DNA from: an uncultured Cellvibrionaceae bacterium | Lineage (GTDB): Bacteria > Pseudomonadota > Gammaproteobacteria > Pseudomonadales > Cellvibrionaceae | DNA: 64,000 nucleotides | Assembly: GCA_964456865.1 (NCBI GenBank) | Contig: CAYWCW010000009.1 | Location: 15,494 to 79,493, forward strand | Direction of reading: 5' to 3' | Shown: piece by piece, positions 28,306 to 40,030 of the stretch | How positions within the stretch are numbered: the first letter of the stretch is position 1 | How the letters are laid out: the number at the start of each line of letters is the position of its first letter | Program-made: the position numbers and the translations under genes | The notes under the pieces: model-generated | The model's input: the letters and a program-made list of their open reading frames with translations, nothing else | Database searches by the model: none | What the model was told of the DNA's origin: nothing

Positions 28306-28325
28306 GCCCGCAGCGGGCTGCGGGC
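28306..28325. other. GC-rich palindrome between convergent adk and paralog C
   Basis: GCCCGCAGC-GG-GCTGCGGGC, 9-bp arms. Confidence 0.5.
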
Positions 28326-28445
28326 TCGCTTGCTCATGGTGGAAACCAAAACATCTGTATATTCAGCCCCGACGTCTTCCACACTCAGGCATCAGCCTGC
28401 TGCTCAGCAGTTCGAACGGTGCCCTGATCACTGGAATAGGGAGCA

Positions 28446-29336
28446 TCATTCAGTACAGAGGTACCAATTGTCTGGTACAGAGTATGCTTCTACCATATGG
28501 AAGTTGTTTGAAAAGGCCTCCCATCCGGTGCCCAATGTACTCACACAAGCCTCGGTCACCATTTCCTGCGCAAGGTCCTCCCCCTCGATGGTTATGACTG
28601 CGAACTGTCTTGGTAAAAAATCGTAATGCAAGCAAGTTCCATCTGCCGAATTATAGAATGCGACATTATCCGAGGTATTCAGGGGAGCGACCAACCTCAT
28701 GTCGACCCAGCTGCCTGATCCATCAAAGCAGCTGTCGCTCCACAGTTTGCGACAATGGCTGTCGATGTCAAGGCTGCAGGCTGCGGAATTGTCGAGTGTC
28801 AACCCGATGAAACAGGCTGGCGGTTCATCCGGGTCGGGTTGCTGGCTGGGAGGAAGCAGTGACCGCTGTGCGTCAGGGAAGCAAGCCTCGATGCTCGGCA
28901 TATCAATTTCAGTAATGCGTAGCCCGACGCCTGCATCGTTGACGAAGTGCTGTGCATTGAATCTGGCGATATTTTCCTGCTGGATAATGGGATTCACTGA
29001 AAATTCCAGGGTTTCACCTTGCGGATCGGTGAAGCTGGATAGGACCTGCGCACGCAGATCAGGGCTCTGCCAGAGTGCGAGTCCCGCTGCCGCAGTGGCC
29101 AGCACGGCGGAGAATATCTGCCGGTGGCGTTGATGGCGCAGCAGCCAGAAGCTGGTTGCGAATACGGCCAACACCAGTAGCAGCAGAGCCCAGGGGCTAT
29201 TGACCGGAACAGGCGCTGCAGCGAGCTGACTGCTCATCGGTTCAGTGGTAATGCTTTGGGCCACTCCGCTACTGGAGTACAAGCCGGACACTACGGCGAT
29301 GGTATACATGAGAAATGGTCTGGTAGGGTGTAACAT
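28446..29336 (-). CDS. Exported paralog C, midcut-by-XrtH-like protein
   Basis: Same architecture; PVPVNSPWALLLL...RHQRHR; ends YSVPDNWYLCTE. Confidence 0.7.
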   Translation of the reverse strand: MLHPTRPFLMYTIAVVSGLYSSSGVAQSITTEPMSSQLAAAPVPVNSPWALLLLVLAVFATSFWLLRHQRHRQIFSAVLATAAAGLALWQSPDLRAQVLSSFTDPQGETLEFSVNPIIQQENIARFNAQHFVNDAGVGLRITEIDMPSIEACFPDAQRSLLPPSQQPDPDEPPACFIGLTLDNSAACSLDIDSHCRKLWSDSCFDGSGSWVDMRLVAPLNTSDNVAFYNSADGTCLHYDFLPRQFAVITIEGEDLAQEMVTEACVSTLGTGWEAFSNNFHMVEAYSVPDNWYLCTE

Positions 29337-29523
29337 GGTCGAAACATCCTCTATAACACTTATTTGTCGTATACAACTTATTATAGTTGGTTGCATGATA
29401 AAGGCGACAGACTCTTATTAGTTGGGGCCTAATGTAAGTTCACGGTCTGCTGCTTGATACATTTTTTATGAATGAAGAGTAACCCTTGCCCTGCCGTCCT
29501 GAGTCTTGATGATCCCTATGAAA

Positions 29524-30006
29524 TCAGCTTGTCAGGTCGGACCCCTGGCCTGTGGCACCTCGTAGGGTGTGATTGTTCGGCTGCATGCCTTCACCCTGCA
29601 AGGTGGCCACCAGCTTGCGGCCGCCGCCGTGATTGCGGTGTTCGCACAAGTAGATTCCTTGCCACACGCCGAGGTTGAGGCGTCCATTGCTGACCGGCAG
29701 TATCAGGCTCGAACCCAGCAGGCAATTTTTGATGTGGGCAGGCATGTCGTCATCGCCTTCATAGTCATGGCGATAGTAGGGCGCCGCTTCGGGCACCATA
29801 TGATTGAAATGGGTTTCGAGATCCTGGCGCACCGTGGGGTCGGCATTTTCGTTGATGCTGAGCGATGCTGACGTGTGCTGGATAAATAAATGCAACAAGC
29901 CGACATCCACACTCCGCAGCTCTGGCAGCTGACGCAGGATATCCTCGGTGATCAAATGAAATCCCCGCGCCCTGGCGGGAAGCTGAAACGTTTTCTGTAA
30001 CCACAT
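29524..30006 (-). CDS. YjbQ/UPF0047 family protein
   Basis: [42 protein letters not shown]. Confidence 0.88.
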   Translation of the reverse strand: MWLQKTFQLPARARGFHLITEDILRQLPELRSVDVGLLHLFIQHTSASLSINENADPTVRQDLETHFNHMVPEAAPYYRHDYEGDDDMPAHIKNCLLGSSLILPVSNGRLNLGVWQGIYLCEHRNHGGGRKLVATLQGEGMQPNNHTLRGATGQGSDLTS

Positions 30007-30069
30007 GATCGTTTACCACAAGGTGACGAGCCTGGTCCCTCAGGCTCGTTGTGCTATCGGGTGTGACTG

Positions 30070-31533
30070 TTAAAAAGCCGCGCCGTTCAGTGAGCCTGAC
30101 AGGAGCACTGTCACATCACCATCGAAAGCCTCGACTTTTATTTCAACGCCATCGTCGACCGATACCCAGCGTTTGGTCAATCCGTTGTTGTCCTGTATGT
30201 CGAAGCGGCAGGCGTCGAATGTCCCGGCGGGCACGGTGACGCTTTCTATACCGGCGAAGGTGGTGGTAGCGCTGTTCGATGTGGTGACGGGTATCGTCAG
30301 TCCCATGGTCGTTGTGGTGGTCGTTGAGTCAAAGCTCTGGCTGTAGCTTTCGCCGGCATTCAGGTCGAAGCGCATCAGCATGGCTGGTGAGAAGGCGGTT
30401 TCGCTGGTGACGACAATCGGGGCCGAGGTCTCCACGCGATTGCCCAGGGTCAGGGAGCGCTTGTTGGCAATATCCACGGAAATAAAACCGTGGGATACGG
30501 AGCTGGATGGCGCCGCGCCGACGGTCTCGGTGACCGAGACGGTTTCCAGGGCGGGCTGGCCCTTGAAGGTGGTCTGGTTTTTCACCTCGATGGTGGTGGT
30601 GAATTGGATGACCGGACCTGCGGCATCCGTGGTGCGATAGGTGTAGATGACCTTTGCTCCACTGGCGACCAGTGCCGGATTGAAACAGGCACCTGCACTG
30701 CCCGTGCCGCTGGCCGCGCTGCTGCTTGAACTGGCGACGCTGGAAGCGCTGCTTGATGAACCAACCGATGAGCTGCTTGATGACGAGGAACCACCACCCG
30801 ACACAGGCCCCGGAATCACGGCGAGGTTGCCATCCTTGACCAGCGTCAGCAAGGCGTCATAGTCGGCGATGCTGGTGGAGGCGTCCACGGCGTCCAGCAC
30901 GTCGTTGATCAGCTCGCTCCAGGCGTCTCCATGGGAAAACTCCTGCACCAATGGGGTAAAACCGCCGGGCAGCGTGTAACCCCGGGCAACCAGCGCCAGG
31001 ATCATGCGGGTCTGCGCGGCCAGCAGTTCATCGCCCACCGACTGCCAATTGGCGCTGTCGAACCAATCGCCGGGACGTTGCCCGCTGGCGTCGGTCAGCA
31101 GGATATCGGTAAAGGCGGTGATGTTGACCCGGCCCGGTGTGGCCGCATAGCCGTGCAGGGTGACAGCCGGCGTGCCGCCAGTAACCTGCAACGCGCAGGG
31201 CAGGGCGTCCCGGGCCACCTGCCCCGAGAAGATACCCTGGGCATTGGTCACGACGGCCACGACAAAACCGCTGCCGTCGGCACACCGCGCCTTGACGGTG
31301 GCGTTGGCCAGCGGTGTTTTCGCCATGGCCAGCCCGGTAAGCGGATGCAACGCCGGCAGGCTGCTGGCACTGCTCTCGTTGCTGCTCGATGCCTGGCTAC
31401 TGCTGGCAACCTGGCTGCTGATGGAACTGCTTGACTGGGATGCGCTGGACTTGCTGCCGTTACTGCTGCTGCCGCAACCGGCAAGACCCAGCAGTGTGAC
31501 GCTACAAAGGACTAACAGGACTTTACTGCTCAT
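30070..31533 (-). CDS. Two-domain lipoprotein with polyserine linkers
   Basis: Lipobox LAGC, two Ser-rich tracts, C-terminal ESVTVPAGTFDAC beta-domain; start at MSSKV inferred. Confidence 0.75.
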   Translation of the reverse strand: MSSKVLLVLCSVTLLGLAGCGSSSNGSKSSASQSSSSISSQVASSSQASSSNESSASSLPALHPLTGLAMAKTPLANATVKARCADGSGFVVAVVTNAQGIFSGQVARDALPCALQVTGGTPAVTLHGYAATPGRVNITAFTDILLTDASGQRPGDWFDSANWQSVGDELLAAQTRMILALVARGYTLPGGFTPLVQEFSHGDAWSELINDVLDAVDASTSIADYDALLTLVKDGNLAVIPGPVSGGGSSSSSSSSVGSSSSASSVASSSSSAASGTGSAGACFNPALVASGAKVIYTYRTTDAAGPVIQFTTTIEVKNQTTFKGQPALETVSVTETVGAAPSSSVSHGFISVDIANKRSLTLGNRVETSAPIVVTSETAFSPAMLMRFDLNAGESYSQSFDSTTTTTTMGLTIPVTTSNSATTTFAGIESVTVPAGTFDACRFDIQDNNGLTKRWVSVDDGVEIKVEAFDGDVTVLLSGSLNGAAF

Positions 31534-31610
31534 AGACTTCCCTCGAGTTGTTGTGTGTACCAATCTGGTCACCAATCCTTGTCTGCCCCGGAAGACAGGT
31601 TGGTGGAATA

Positions 31611-31958
31611 TCAACGCCTGTGACGCAAGGGTGTGTCCGAAAAGGCTACGCCTTCCCAGCCGTTGCGCATGAAGTTGCGAATGTTCTGGTGATCCTGGCC
31701 GTCCGGATGTTGCAGGACATCCTTGCGGTAGTAGTCACCAAAGCAGGCCAATGTTTCGTCTACCGATAATCCCCGCTCCTGTGCAAATGCCAGTACACGG
31801 CAGGAGCCGCTGTTCTGGCCCGCATCGTTCATGAGGTCGCCGTTGCGGAAGGCCGTGGGGGTGAATTCGTAATGTGCATCGATGACTGCCAGTGTCTGGG
31901 CAAAATCGATTTGTTGGGGATTCTCGCGTAATTGTTGCAGAAAAGCAGCCAGGGTCAT
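31611..31958 (-). CDS. HopJ-family protein
   Basis: FTPTAFRNG, AGQNSGSC, CFGDYYR.DVL.HPDG.DHQNIRNFM..GWEG. Confidence 0.8.
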   Translation of the reverse strand: MTLAAFLQQLRENPQQIDFAQTLAVIDAHYEFTPTAFRNGDLMNDAGQNSGSCRVLAFAQERGLSVDETLACFGDYYRKDVLQHPDGQDHQNIRNFMRNGWEGVAFSDTPLRHRR

Positions 31959-32163
31959 GCGGTTATCTCACTAAAAAAATCAAAAAAATGATGGCGGCGG
32001 CACCCTGCACAAGGATTGCCCGGTGTCCCTGCCCGAAAAGGCGGCATTGTAAACAGATTCCGGGGTGTCGGGGCGCAGAATCTGTGCAATCCCCGGCCGG
32101 TTTTGGTGGCAAGGCTGTGCTAGTATTAGGTCGATTCCCTTCTGAAGACTTGTGGTTCCCGCT

Positions 32164-33858
32164 GTGAAAAAAAGACCCATCTATATTCCCTTTGCCGGTC
32201 CCGCGTTGCTGGAAGCGCCCCTGTTGAACAAGGGCAGTGCCTTTTCCCAATATGAACGGCAACAGTTCAACCTCGAGGGGTTGCTGCCCTACAGCATCGA
32301 AACCATCGAGGAACAGAAGGCGCGCGCCTACCAGCAGTTCTGCGCGTTTCATACGGATATCGACAAGCATATCTACCTGCGCAATATCCAGGACACCAAC
32401 GAGACCCTGTACTTCCGCCTGGTGACGGATCACCTGGAAGAAGTCATGCCGCTCATCTACACGCCGACCGTGGGGCTGGCCTGCCAGCAGTTCTCCAAGA
32501 TCTACCGCCGCAAGCGCGGCCTGTTCATCTCCTATCCCGACCGGGATCGTATCGATGACATGTTACAGAATGCCACCAAACAGAACGTCAAGGTGATCGT
32601 GATCACCGATGGCGAGCGCATCCTGGGCCTGGGTGACCAGGGGATTGGCGGCATGGGAATTCCCATCGGCAAGCTCGCGCTCTATACCGCCTGCGGTGGC
32701 ATCAGTCCGGCATACACCCTGCCGATCACCCTGGATGTGGGATGTAACAATCCATCCCTGCTCGACGACCCCATGTACATGGGGTGGCGCCACCCACGCA
32801 TCACCGGCGATGACTATTATGCGTTTGTGGACGAATTCATCCAGGCCATCAAGCTGCGCTGGCCCACTGCGCTGTTGCAGTTTGAGGATTTCGCGCAGGA
32901 GCATGCCAATCCCCTGTTGAGCCGCTACCGGAACGAGGTCTGCTGTTTCAACGACGACATCCAGGGCACGGCGGCGGTAACCCTGGGAACCTTGCTGGCG
33001 GCCTGCCTTGCCAAGGGCGAGCGCCTGCGCGACCAGCGCCTGGTGTTCGCGGGAGCGGGCTCCGCCGGTTGCGGTATCGCCGAACAGGTCATTGCCCAGA
33101 TGCGCGATGAAGGGCTGAGCGAGGCCGAGGCCCGCGGCCGGATTTTCATGCTCAACCGCCAGGGTCTGCTCCAGCACAGCAGCCCGGATCTGCTCAGTTT
33201 CCAGCGTCCCTTGTGCCGCTCCGACGACGACGTTGCCCACTGGCCGCGGAACAACACCCGCCCCGGTGAGGGACTGGGACTGCTGGATGTGGTCATCAAT
33301 GCCCGGCCCACGGTCCTGGTGGGCGTTTCCGGCCAGGCCGGACTGTTTACCAAGGCGGTGGTGGATGCCATGCAGGCCGTGTGTGAGCGCCCGATCATTT
33401 TGCCGCTCTCCAACCCCACCTCCCAGGTCGAGGCGCAACCGGCAGACCTGTTGCGCTGGACCGGCGGCCGCGCCATCGTGGCGACAGGCAGCCCCTTCGC
33501 GCCGGTGGATATCGGCGGGCAGCGGTTTGAGATAGCCCAGTGCAATAACAGCTATATATTCCCTGGTGTCGGGCTGGGTGTGATTGCCGCGCGGGCCAAC
33601 CGGGTGACCGACGGGATGATGATGGCGGCCAGCCGCGCCCTTGCCGATGCGTCGCCCAGGGTGCAGACAGGGCAGGGCGCCCTGCTGCCGCCCCTGAGCC
33701 GCATCCGCGAGGTCAGCAAGCTGATAGCCCAGGCGGTTTTCCGCCAGGCGGTCGCCGATGGCGTGGCCGTGCCTGTGCCGGAGGAGCTGATCCTGCCGGG
33801 TATCGAGGCCAATTTCTGGCAGCCGGAATACCGGGATTACCGCCGCACGTCGTTTTAA
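32164..33858 (+). CDS. maeA: NAD-dependent malic enzyme
   Basis: [56 protein letters not shown]; GTG start inferred. Confidence 0.93.
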   Translation: MKKRPIYIPFAGPALLEAPLLNKGSAFSQYERQQFNLEGLLPYSIETIEEQKARAYQQFCAFHTDIDKHIYLRNIQDTNETLYFRLVTDHLEEVMPLIYTPTVGLACQQFSKIYRRKRGLFISYPDRDRIDDMLQNATKQNVKVIVITDGERILGLGDQGIGGMGIPIGKLALYTACGGISPAYTLPITLDVGCNNPSLLDDPMYMGWRHPRITGDDYYAFVDEFIQAIKLRWPTALLQFEDFAQEHANPLLSRYRNEVCCFNDDIQGTAAVTLGTLLAACLAKGERLRDQRLVFAGAGSAGCGIAEQVIAQMRDEGLSEAEARGRIFMLNRQGLLQHSSPDLLSFQRPLCRSDDDVAHWPRNNTRPGEGLGLLDVVINARPTVLVGVSGQAGLFTKAVVDAMQAVCERPIILPLSNPTSQVEAQPADLLRWTGGRAIVATGSPFAPVDIGGQRFEIAQCNNSYIFPGVGLGVIAARANRVTDGMMMAASRALADASPRVQTGQGALLPPLSRIREVSKLIAQAVFRQAVADGVAVPVPEELILPGIEANFWQPEYRDYRRTSF

Positions 33859-34130
33859 GCGGATTTTTTTGATGACCTTTGCCGTGGCTAGGTATACACT
33901 TCTGGAGTGGCGTCGAATTCCACATATTCGCCAGCCGCGGCAAACTGGTCTTCCCCTAGCGAAACTTGGGGAGCGAGGGCAGGATTTGCATGAAAATACC
34001 TCCTGCCCCCGGCCAGTTGTCTGGTAAGCTAGATAGAACTCACCCTGCGGGGTGGCCCCTTAAACTTTCAAAGCCCGAAGTCTTGAATAGCCCGTTAATC
34101 AACCGAGTGGTACTGATAAAGGACTAAGCA

Positions 34131-34487
34131 ATGGATTTTATCTCTGCACAAAAGCACTTGCTCTCCAAACACCAGGCGAAAGAATTGTTTCCGTTTGGGC
34201 CAGAGGTGGCTGTCTACAAAGTGTGTCACAAGATGTTCGCCACCCTCACGGTGGAAAGTGGCATGCCGCGGCTCAACCTCAAGTGCGATCCCGATGAAGC
34301 CCTGATGCTGCGCGACAAATACCCGGCGGTTCAGCCGGGCTATCACATGAATAAGAAACACTGGAACACCATCTTCCTCGACGGCAGTGTGCCCTCCGAG
34401 GAAATCGCACGCATGATCGATGATTCCTATGATCTGGTGGTCAACAACCTGCCGACAGATGAGCGTATCCGCCTCCTGGGCAAGTAA
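34131..34487 (+). CDS. MmcQ/YjbR family DNA-binding protein
   Basis: FPFGPEVAVYKV..KMFA, LNLKCDP, PGYHMNKKHWNT, IDDSYDLV. Confidence 0.85.
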   Translation: MDFISAQKHLLSKHQAKELFPFGPEVAVYKVCHKMFATLTVESGMPRLNLKCDPDEALMLRDKYPAVQPGYHMNKKHWNTIFLDGSVPSEEIARMIDDSYDLVVNNLPTDERIRLLGK

Positions 34488-34584
34488 TACAACCAGGTAA
34501 ACAGCACAGTGGTCCAACGCGTGGGCGGACCGGTTGGTTTCCCGGTCTGCCATCTCTCGGGTTCCCCACTGAAAGGATTGCACT

Positions 34585-35217
34585 ATGGCGAACGATAAGG
34601 GCACGCAGGCATCCGCAAACGGGCCGCAACCCCTGGTTTCCATGGCATCGGACAGCGATTCCCCCGGTGACATAGGCCTGCGGCTGCGTCTCATCCGCGA
34701 GCGCAATGGCCTGTCCCAACGCGAGCTGGCCAAGCGTGCCGGCGTCACCAACAGCAATATCTCCATGATCGAACAGGGTCAGGTAAGCCCGTCGATCAAT
34801 TCCCTGGCCCGCGTCCTGAGCGGCATCCCCATGACCCTGGCGCAGTTCTTCGCCTGCGATCCCCTGGCGCTGGGTTCGTCGGTCTATCCGGCAGCCATTC
34901 TCTTTGCACAGCAGCAGCCCGGTGCTGGCGGTTTTATCCGCCAGCGGCTGGCCACGGAAAACTCCCAGCGCCGCCTGGACATGCAGCGGCAGATTTTTCC
35001 TCCCGGCTGCGATACCGGCGCCGAACCCCTGCGGGCCAGTGCCGAGGTCTGTGCCCTGGTGGTCAGTGGCGGATTGGAACTGACGCTCGGCATGCAGGTC
35101 CATCAACTGGGCGAAGGCGATGGCATCTATCTGGTATCGCAACAGCCATTTCGCATCCGCAATCGCGGCGACACCGACGCGGTGATGATCGTCACCAGTT
35201 TGCGCGAACCCCGTTAA
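34585..35217 (+). CDS. XRE-family HTH plus cupin regulator (PuuR-like)
   Basis: GLSQRELAKRAGVTNSNISMIEQGQVSPS; C-terminal cupin LGEGDGIY. Confidence 0.85.
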   Translation: MANDKGTQASANGPQPLVSMASDSDSPGDIGLRLRLIRERNGLSQRELAKRAGVTNSNISMIEQGQVSPSINSLARVLSGIPMTLAQFFACDPLALGSSVYPAAILFAQQQPGAGGFIRQRLATENSQRRLDMQRQIFPPGCDTGAEPLRASAEVCALVVSGGLELTLGMQVHQLGEGDGIYLVSQQPFRIRNRGDTDAVMIVTSLREPR

Positions 35218-35313
35218 CCAACACCCTTTCATCGAGGTGCCAGCGCCTGCCCCGGCATTCAGCTGCTACACTCAGGTTCAGTTTCTACGCCGATAACAAC
35301 AGAGACCCTGCCT

Positions 35314-37461
35314 ATGTACCAAGGAAAAGCGTTTTCACTCACCCCCTTGCCCGATGGCATTGCCGAGCTCACCTTCGATCTGCAAGGTGAGTCGGTCAAC
35401 AAGTTCAACCTGCTTGCCGTATCAGAGCTGGATCAGGTGCTGAGCCTGCTGGAGCAATCCCGGGACGTTAACGGGCTGTTGATCACCAGCGGCAAGGAGG
35501 TATTTGTCGTGGGTGCCGATATCATGGAGTTTGGTGCCGTGTTTGCTGCCGGCCCCGACGATATCATCGGCCATCTCGCCGCCAACAGCCGCAATTTCTG
35601 CCGCCTCGAAGACCTGCCCATACCGACAGTGGTCGCCATCAACGGTGTCGCCCTCGGCGGCGGATTCGAATTGTGCCTCGCCTGCGATTACCGCGTGGCC
35701 AGCACCCAGGCCCGGGTAGGCCTGCCCGAAACCAAACTCGGCATAGTCCCCGGATGGGGCGGCACTGTACGGTTGCCGCGCCTTGCCGGTTTGGAAACAG
35801 CCGTCGAATGGATTGCCGCCGGTAAGGAAAATGACGCCGACACGGCGCTCACGGCGCGCGTGGTGGATGCTGTCGTCGAACCCGGAAAACTGCGCGAGGC
35901 GGCGCTTTTCACCTTGCAGGAAGCCATCGCCGGTCGGTTTGACTACCAGGCTCGCCGCACACAGAAAAAAGCGCCGCTCAAACTCAATTTCATCGAGTCC
36001 ATGATGGCCTTTGAAACGTCCAAGGCATTTGTCGCCGCCCAGGCCGGACGCAACTATCCGGCGCCCGTCACGGCGATCAAGGCCATGCAGAAAGCCGCCG
36101 ACAAGGGCCGGGACGACGCATTGCAGGTAGAGGCGGAAGCCTTTGCCAAAATGGCCCAGACACCGGTGGCACAATCGCTGGTGGGCATTTTTGTCAGCGA
36201 GCAGCTGGTCAGCAAAAAAGCCCGCGCTTGGGAAAAGCAGGCCGACAAAAAAGTGGGCCGTGCGGCCGTTCTCGGTGCGGGCATCATGGGAGGCGGCATC
36301 GCCTATCAATCTGCCCTCAAGCGGGTGCCCATCAAGATGAAGGACATTGCCCAGCAGGGCATCGATCTCGGCCTGGCCGAGGCCAGCAAGCAGCTTGCCA
36401 AGCGCGTCGAGCGCAAAAAAATGACGCCCGAAGAAATGGGCGAGGTACTCAACCGGATTGAACCCGCCCTCGTCTATGACGGCTTTGATCAAGTGGATAT
36501 CGTGGTTGAAGCCGTCGTGGAAAATCCCAAGGTCAAGCGCAGCGTATTGGCCGAGGTCGAAGGCCGTGTAACCCCTGACACCGTTATCACATCCAACACC
36601 TCGACCATCTCGATCGATTATCTCGCCGAGGCGTTGCAGCGTCCTGAAAATTTCTGCGGCATGCACTTCTTCAACCCTGTTCACCTGATGCCCCTGGTCG
36701 AGGTGATCAGGGGAAGCAGGACGTCCGACACGGCGGTCGCGCGCACCGTCGCCTACGCCAACGCCCTGGGCAAGAAGCCGATCGTGGTGAAGGATTGCCC
36801 CGGATTCCTCGTCAACCGGGTGCTCTTTCCGTACTTCGCCGGTTTTTCATTACTGGTGCGCGACGGAGTGGATTACCAGCGTATCGACAAGGTCATGGAA
36901 ACCTGGGGTTGGCCCATGGGGCCGGCCTACCTGCTGGATGTGGTTGGCATAGATACAGCGGTGCACGCTGAAAAAGTCATGGCCGAAGGCTATCCCGATC
37001 GCATGCGGCGCGACTTCACCTCCTGCGTCGATGCACTCTATGAGGCAGGGCGGCTGGGGCAGAAAAACCAGCAGGGTTTTTACGATTACCGCACCGACAA
37101 AAAAGGCAAGCCGGAAAAACTGCCCAGCGAAGCGGCGCGGGAATTGATCAAGCCCCACGTCACCGCTGCGCTGGAATTGACCGATGACGACATCATCGCG
37201 CGCATGATGGTGCCCATGGCGACGGAACTCATGCGCTGTCTGGAAGAAGGCATCGTTGAAACGCCCGCTGAGGCGGATATGGCGCTGGTTTATGGCACGG
37301 GTTTTCCGCCGTTTCGGGGCGGCGTCTTCCGCTGGATCGACCAGATCGGCGTGCAAGCCTTCTGTGATATGGCAGCGGCCCAGAGCCACCTCGGCCCGCT
37401 CTATGCGCCTCCAGCCAATCTCAAGGCCATGGCGACCGATAACAAAAAATTCTACGGCTAA
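35314..37461 (+). CDS. fadB: Fatty acid oxidation complex subunit alpha
   Basis: [59 protein letters not shown]. Confidence 0.95.
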   Translation: MYQGKAFSLTPLPDGIAELTFDLQGESVNKFNLLAVSELDQVLSLLEQSRDVNGLLITSGKEVFVVGADIMEFGAVFAAGPDDIIGHLAANSRNFCRLEDLPIPTVVAINGVALGGGFELCLACDYRVASTQARVGLPETKLGIVPGWGGTVRLPRLAGLETAVEWIAAGKENDADTALTARVVDAVVEPGKLREAALFTLQEAIAGRFDYQARRTQKKAPLKLNFIESMMAFETSKAFVAAQAGRNYPAPVTAIKAMQKAADKGRDDALQVEAEAFAKMAQTPVAQSLVGIFVSEQLVSKKARAWEKQADKKVGRAAVLGAGIMGGGIAYQSALKRVPIKMKDIAQQGIDLGLAEASKQLAKRVERKKMTPEEMGEVLNRIEPALVYDGFDQVDIVVEAVVENPKVKRSVLAEVEGRVTPDTVITSNTSTISIDYLAEALQRPENFCGMHFFNPVHLMPLVEVIRGSRTSDTAVARTVAYANALGKKPIVVKDCPGFLVNRVLFPYFAGFSLLVRDGVDYQRIDKVMETWGWPMGPAYLLDVVGIDTAVHAEKVMAEGYPDRMRRDFTSCVDALYEAGRLGQKNQQGFYDYRTDKKGKPEKLPSEAARELIKPHVTAALELTDDDIIARMMVPMATELMRCLEEGIVETPAEADMALVYGTGFPPFRGGVFRWIDQIGVQAFCDMAAAQSHLGPLYAPPANLKAMATDNKKFYG

Positions 37462-38655
<1,194 letters not shown>

Positions 38656-38668
38656 GTTGTCATGCCGT

Positions 38669-38703
38669 AAAAAACGGAGGCCCGGGTGGCCTCCGTTTTT
38701 TTT
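38669..38703. terminator. Bidirectional intrinsic terminator
   Basis: AAAAAACGGAGGCC-CGGGT-GGCCTCCGTTTTTTTT between convergent genes. Confidence 0.9.
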
Positions 38704-38709
38704 GCCTGA

Positions 38710-39909
38710 TCAATCAATGCCAAGCAATTCCAATATCCGCAGGCTGGGAAAGCCGTCAGCAATCAACCCCTTCTGTTGCTGGTATTCCCCCAGTGCCCGC
38801 CGGCTCGCCGGGCCGAAAATACCGTCGGCTTCACCGGGATCAAAACCCGCGGCTTGCAGTTTTTCCTGCAATTGGATCACCTGGTTGCGGTGCAGGCGCG
38901 GCGCGTCTGCCGGTGGTGTCTGCAACCATTCTCCCGCACCGTTGATGCGATCAGCCAGATAACCTACCGAGAGCGCATAGAACTCCGAACGGTTCCAGCG
39001 CATGATGACGCGGAAGTTGTCATAGACGAGGAAAGCGGGGCCCTGGTGTCCCGCGGGCACCAGCAGGGAGGCTTCCATATCGGCGATGGGAAGGGCGCTG
39101 CCGTCGGCCTGGCGTATGCCAAGGTCGCGCCACTCCGTCAGCGAGCGACGTGCCTGTAGCCCGGCTGACAGGTAATCGAAATTCGTTGGCAGCTTGACTT
39201 CGCGTCCCCAGCGGCTGCCCTTTTCCCAGCCAAGATTTTTCAGGAAGTGCGCGGCGGACCCCATGGCATCGGGAATGCTGTTCCACAGGTCGCGTTTGTT
39301 GTCTCCGTCATAATCCACAGCGTGGCGCAGGTAGGCCGAAGGCATGAACTGCACATGGCCCATGGCGCCAGCCCAGGAACCTTCCATGCGGGCGGGATTG
39401 ATGATGCCTTCATCGATGATTCGCAGGGCATCCAGATATTCGCCGGTGAAATAGTCGCTGCGGCGTTCATCGCAGGCGAGCGTGGCGAGGGAGTCGAGCA
39501 CGGACATCTTGCCGAAAAAGCGGCCGTAGTTGGTTTCGAGTCCCCAGAAGGCCACCAGGTATTGGGGTGGAACACCATACTCCGCGCTGGCGCGTTCCAG
39601 CAGGGCGCGATGTTGTTTGAGCAGGGCGCGGCCGCGCTCAACACGCTCGCGGGTGACCCGGCGCTGGATGTAATCGGCAAAGCTGGTGGTGAATTCCGGC
39701 TGCTGGCGGTCCAGCTCGATCACGCGGGAAGAAAACTCTATGGATGCGAGCGCGTCGCGGCGGGTGGCGGCTGAAATATTCTGCGTCTGTGCCTGCTGGT
39801 CCAGGCGTGCGAGGCAGGCTTGGAAATCGGCGTTTTCCATCGCCTGTGACATCGCGGACAATCCCGTCAGCAATACGGCTCCGATGGTGATGCCAGCAAC
39901 CTTTCCCAT
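38710..39909 (-). CDS. Lytic murein transglycosylase (MltB/SltB type) with C-terminal PG-binding domain
   Basis: AFWGLETNYG, GSWAGAMGHVQFMPS, YNRS..YALSV, ADGIFGPASRRAL. Confidence 0.88.
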   Translation of the reverse strand: MGKVAGITIGAVLLTGLSAMSQAMENADFQACLARLDQQAQTQNISAATRRDALASIEFSSRVIELDRQQPEFTTSFADYIQRRVTRERVERGRALLKQHRALLERASAEYGVPPQYLVAFWGLETNYGRFFGKMSVLDSLATLACDERRSDYFTGEYLDALRIIDEGIINPARMEGSWAGAMGHVQFMPSAYLRHAVDYDGDNKRDLWNSIPDAMGSAAHFLKNLGWEKGSRWGREVKLPTNFDYLSAGLQARRSLTEWRDLGIRQADGSALPIADMEASLLVPAGHQGPAFLVYDNFRVIMRWNRSEFYALSVGYLADRINGAGEWLQTPPADAPRLHRNQVIQLQEKLQAAGFDPGEADGIFGPASRRALGEYQQQKGLIADGFPSLRILELLGID

Positions 39910-40030
39910 GACCTAATACCCCTAAAATACATCGAACCCCCAAGGTTGCCAGTCTACCAGATGTTATTTCCCCAAAAGGCAAACCGCGTTGGCAAACCGG
40001 GCAGCGGATTGACCGGCAGCGACGAGAAAA

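Noticed and set aside
33930-33990. c-di-GMP-I riboswitch (GGCAAAC...GAAA)
   Set aside because: Stem geometry and the downstream GGGACGCAAAGC segment do not match
33990-34127. 45-aa ORF MKIPPAPG... upstream of the MmcQ/YjbR gene
   Set aside because: Rare codons (ATA, CTA, AGA, TTA) unlike host genes; no recognisable motif
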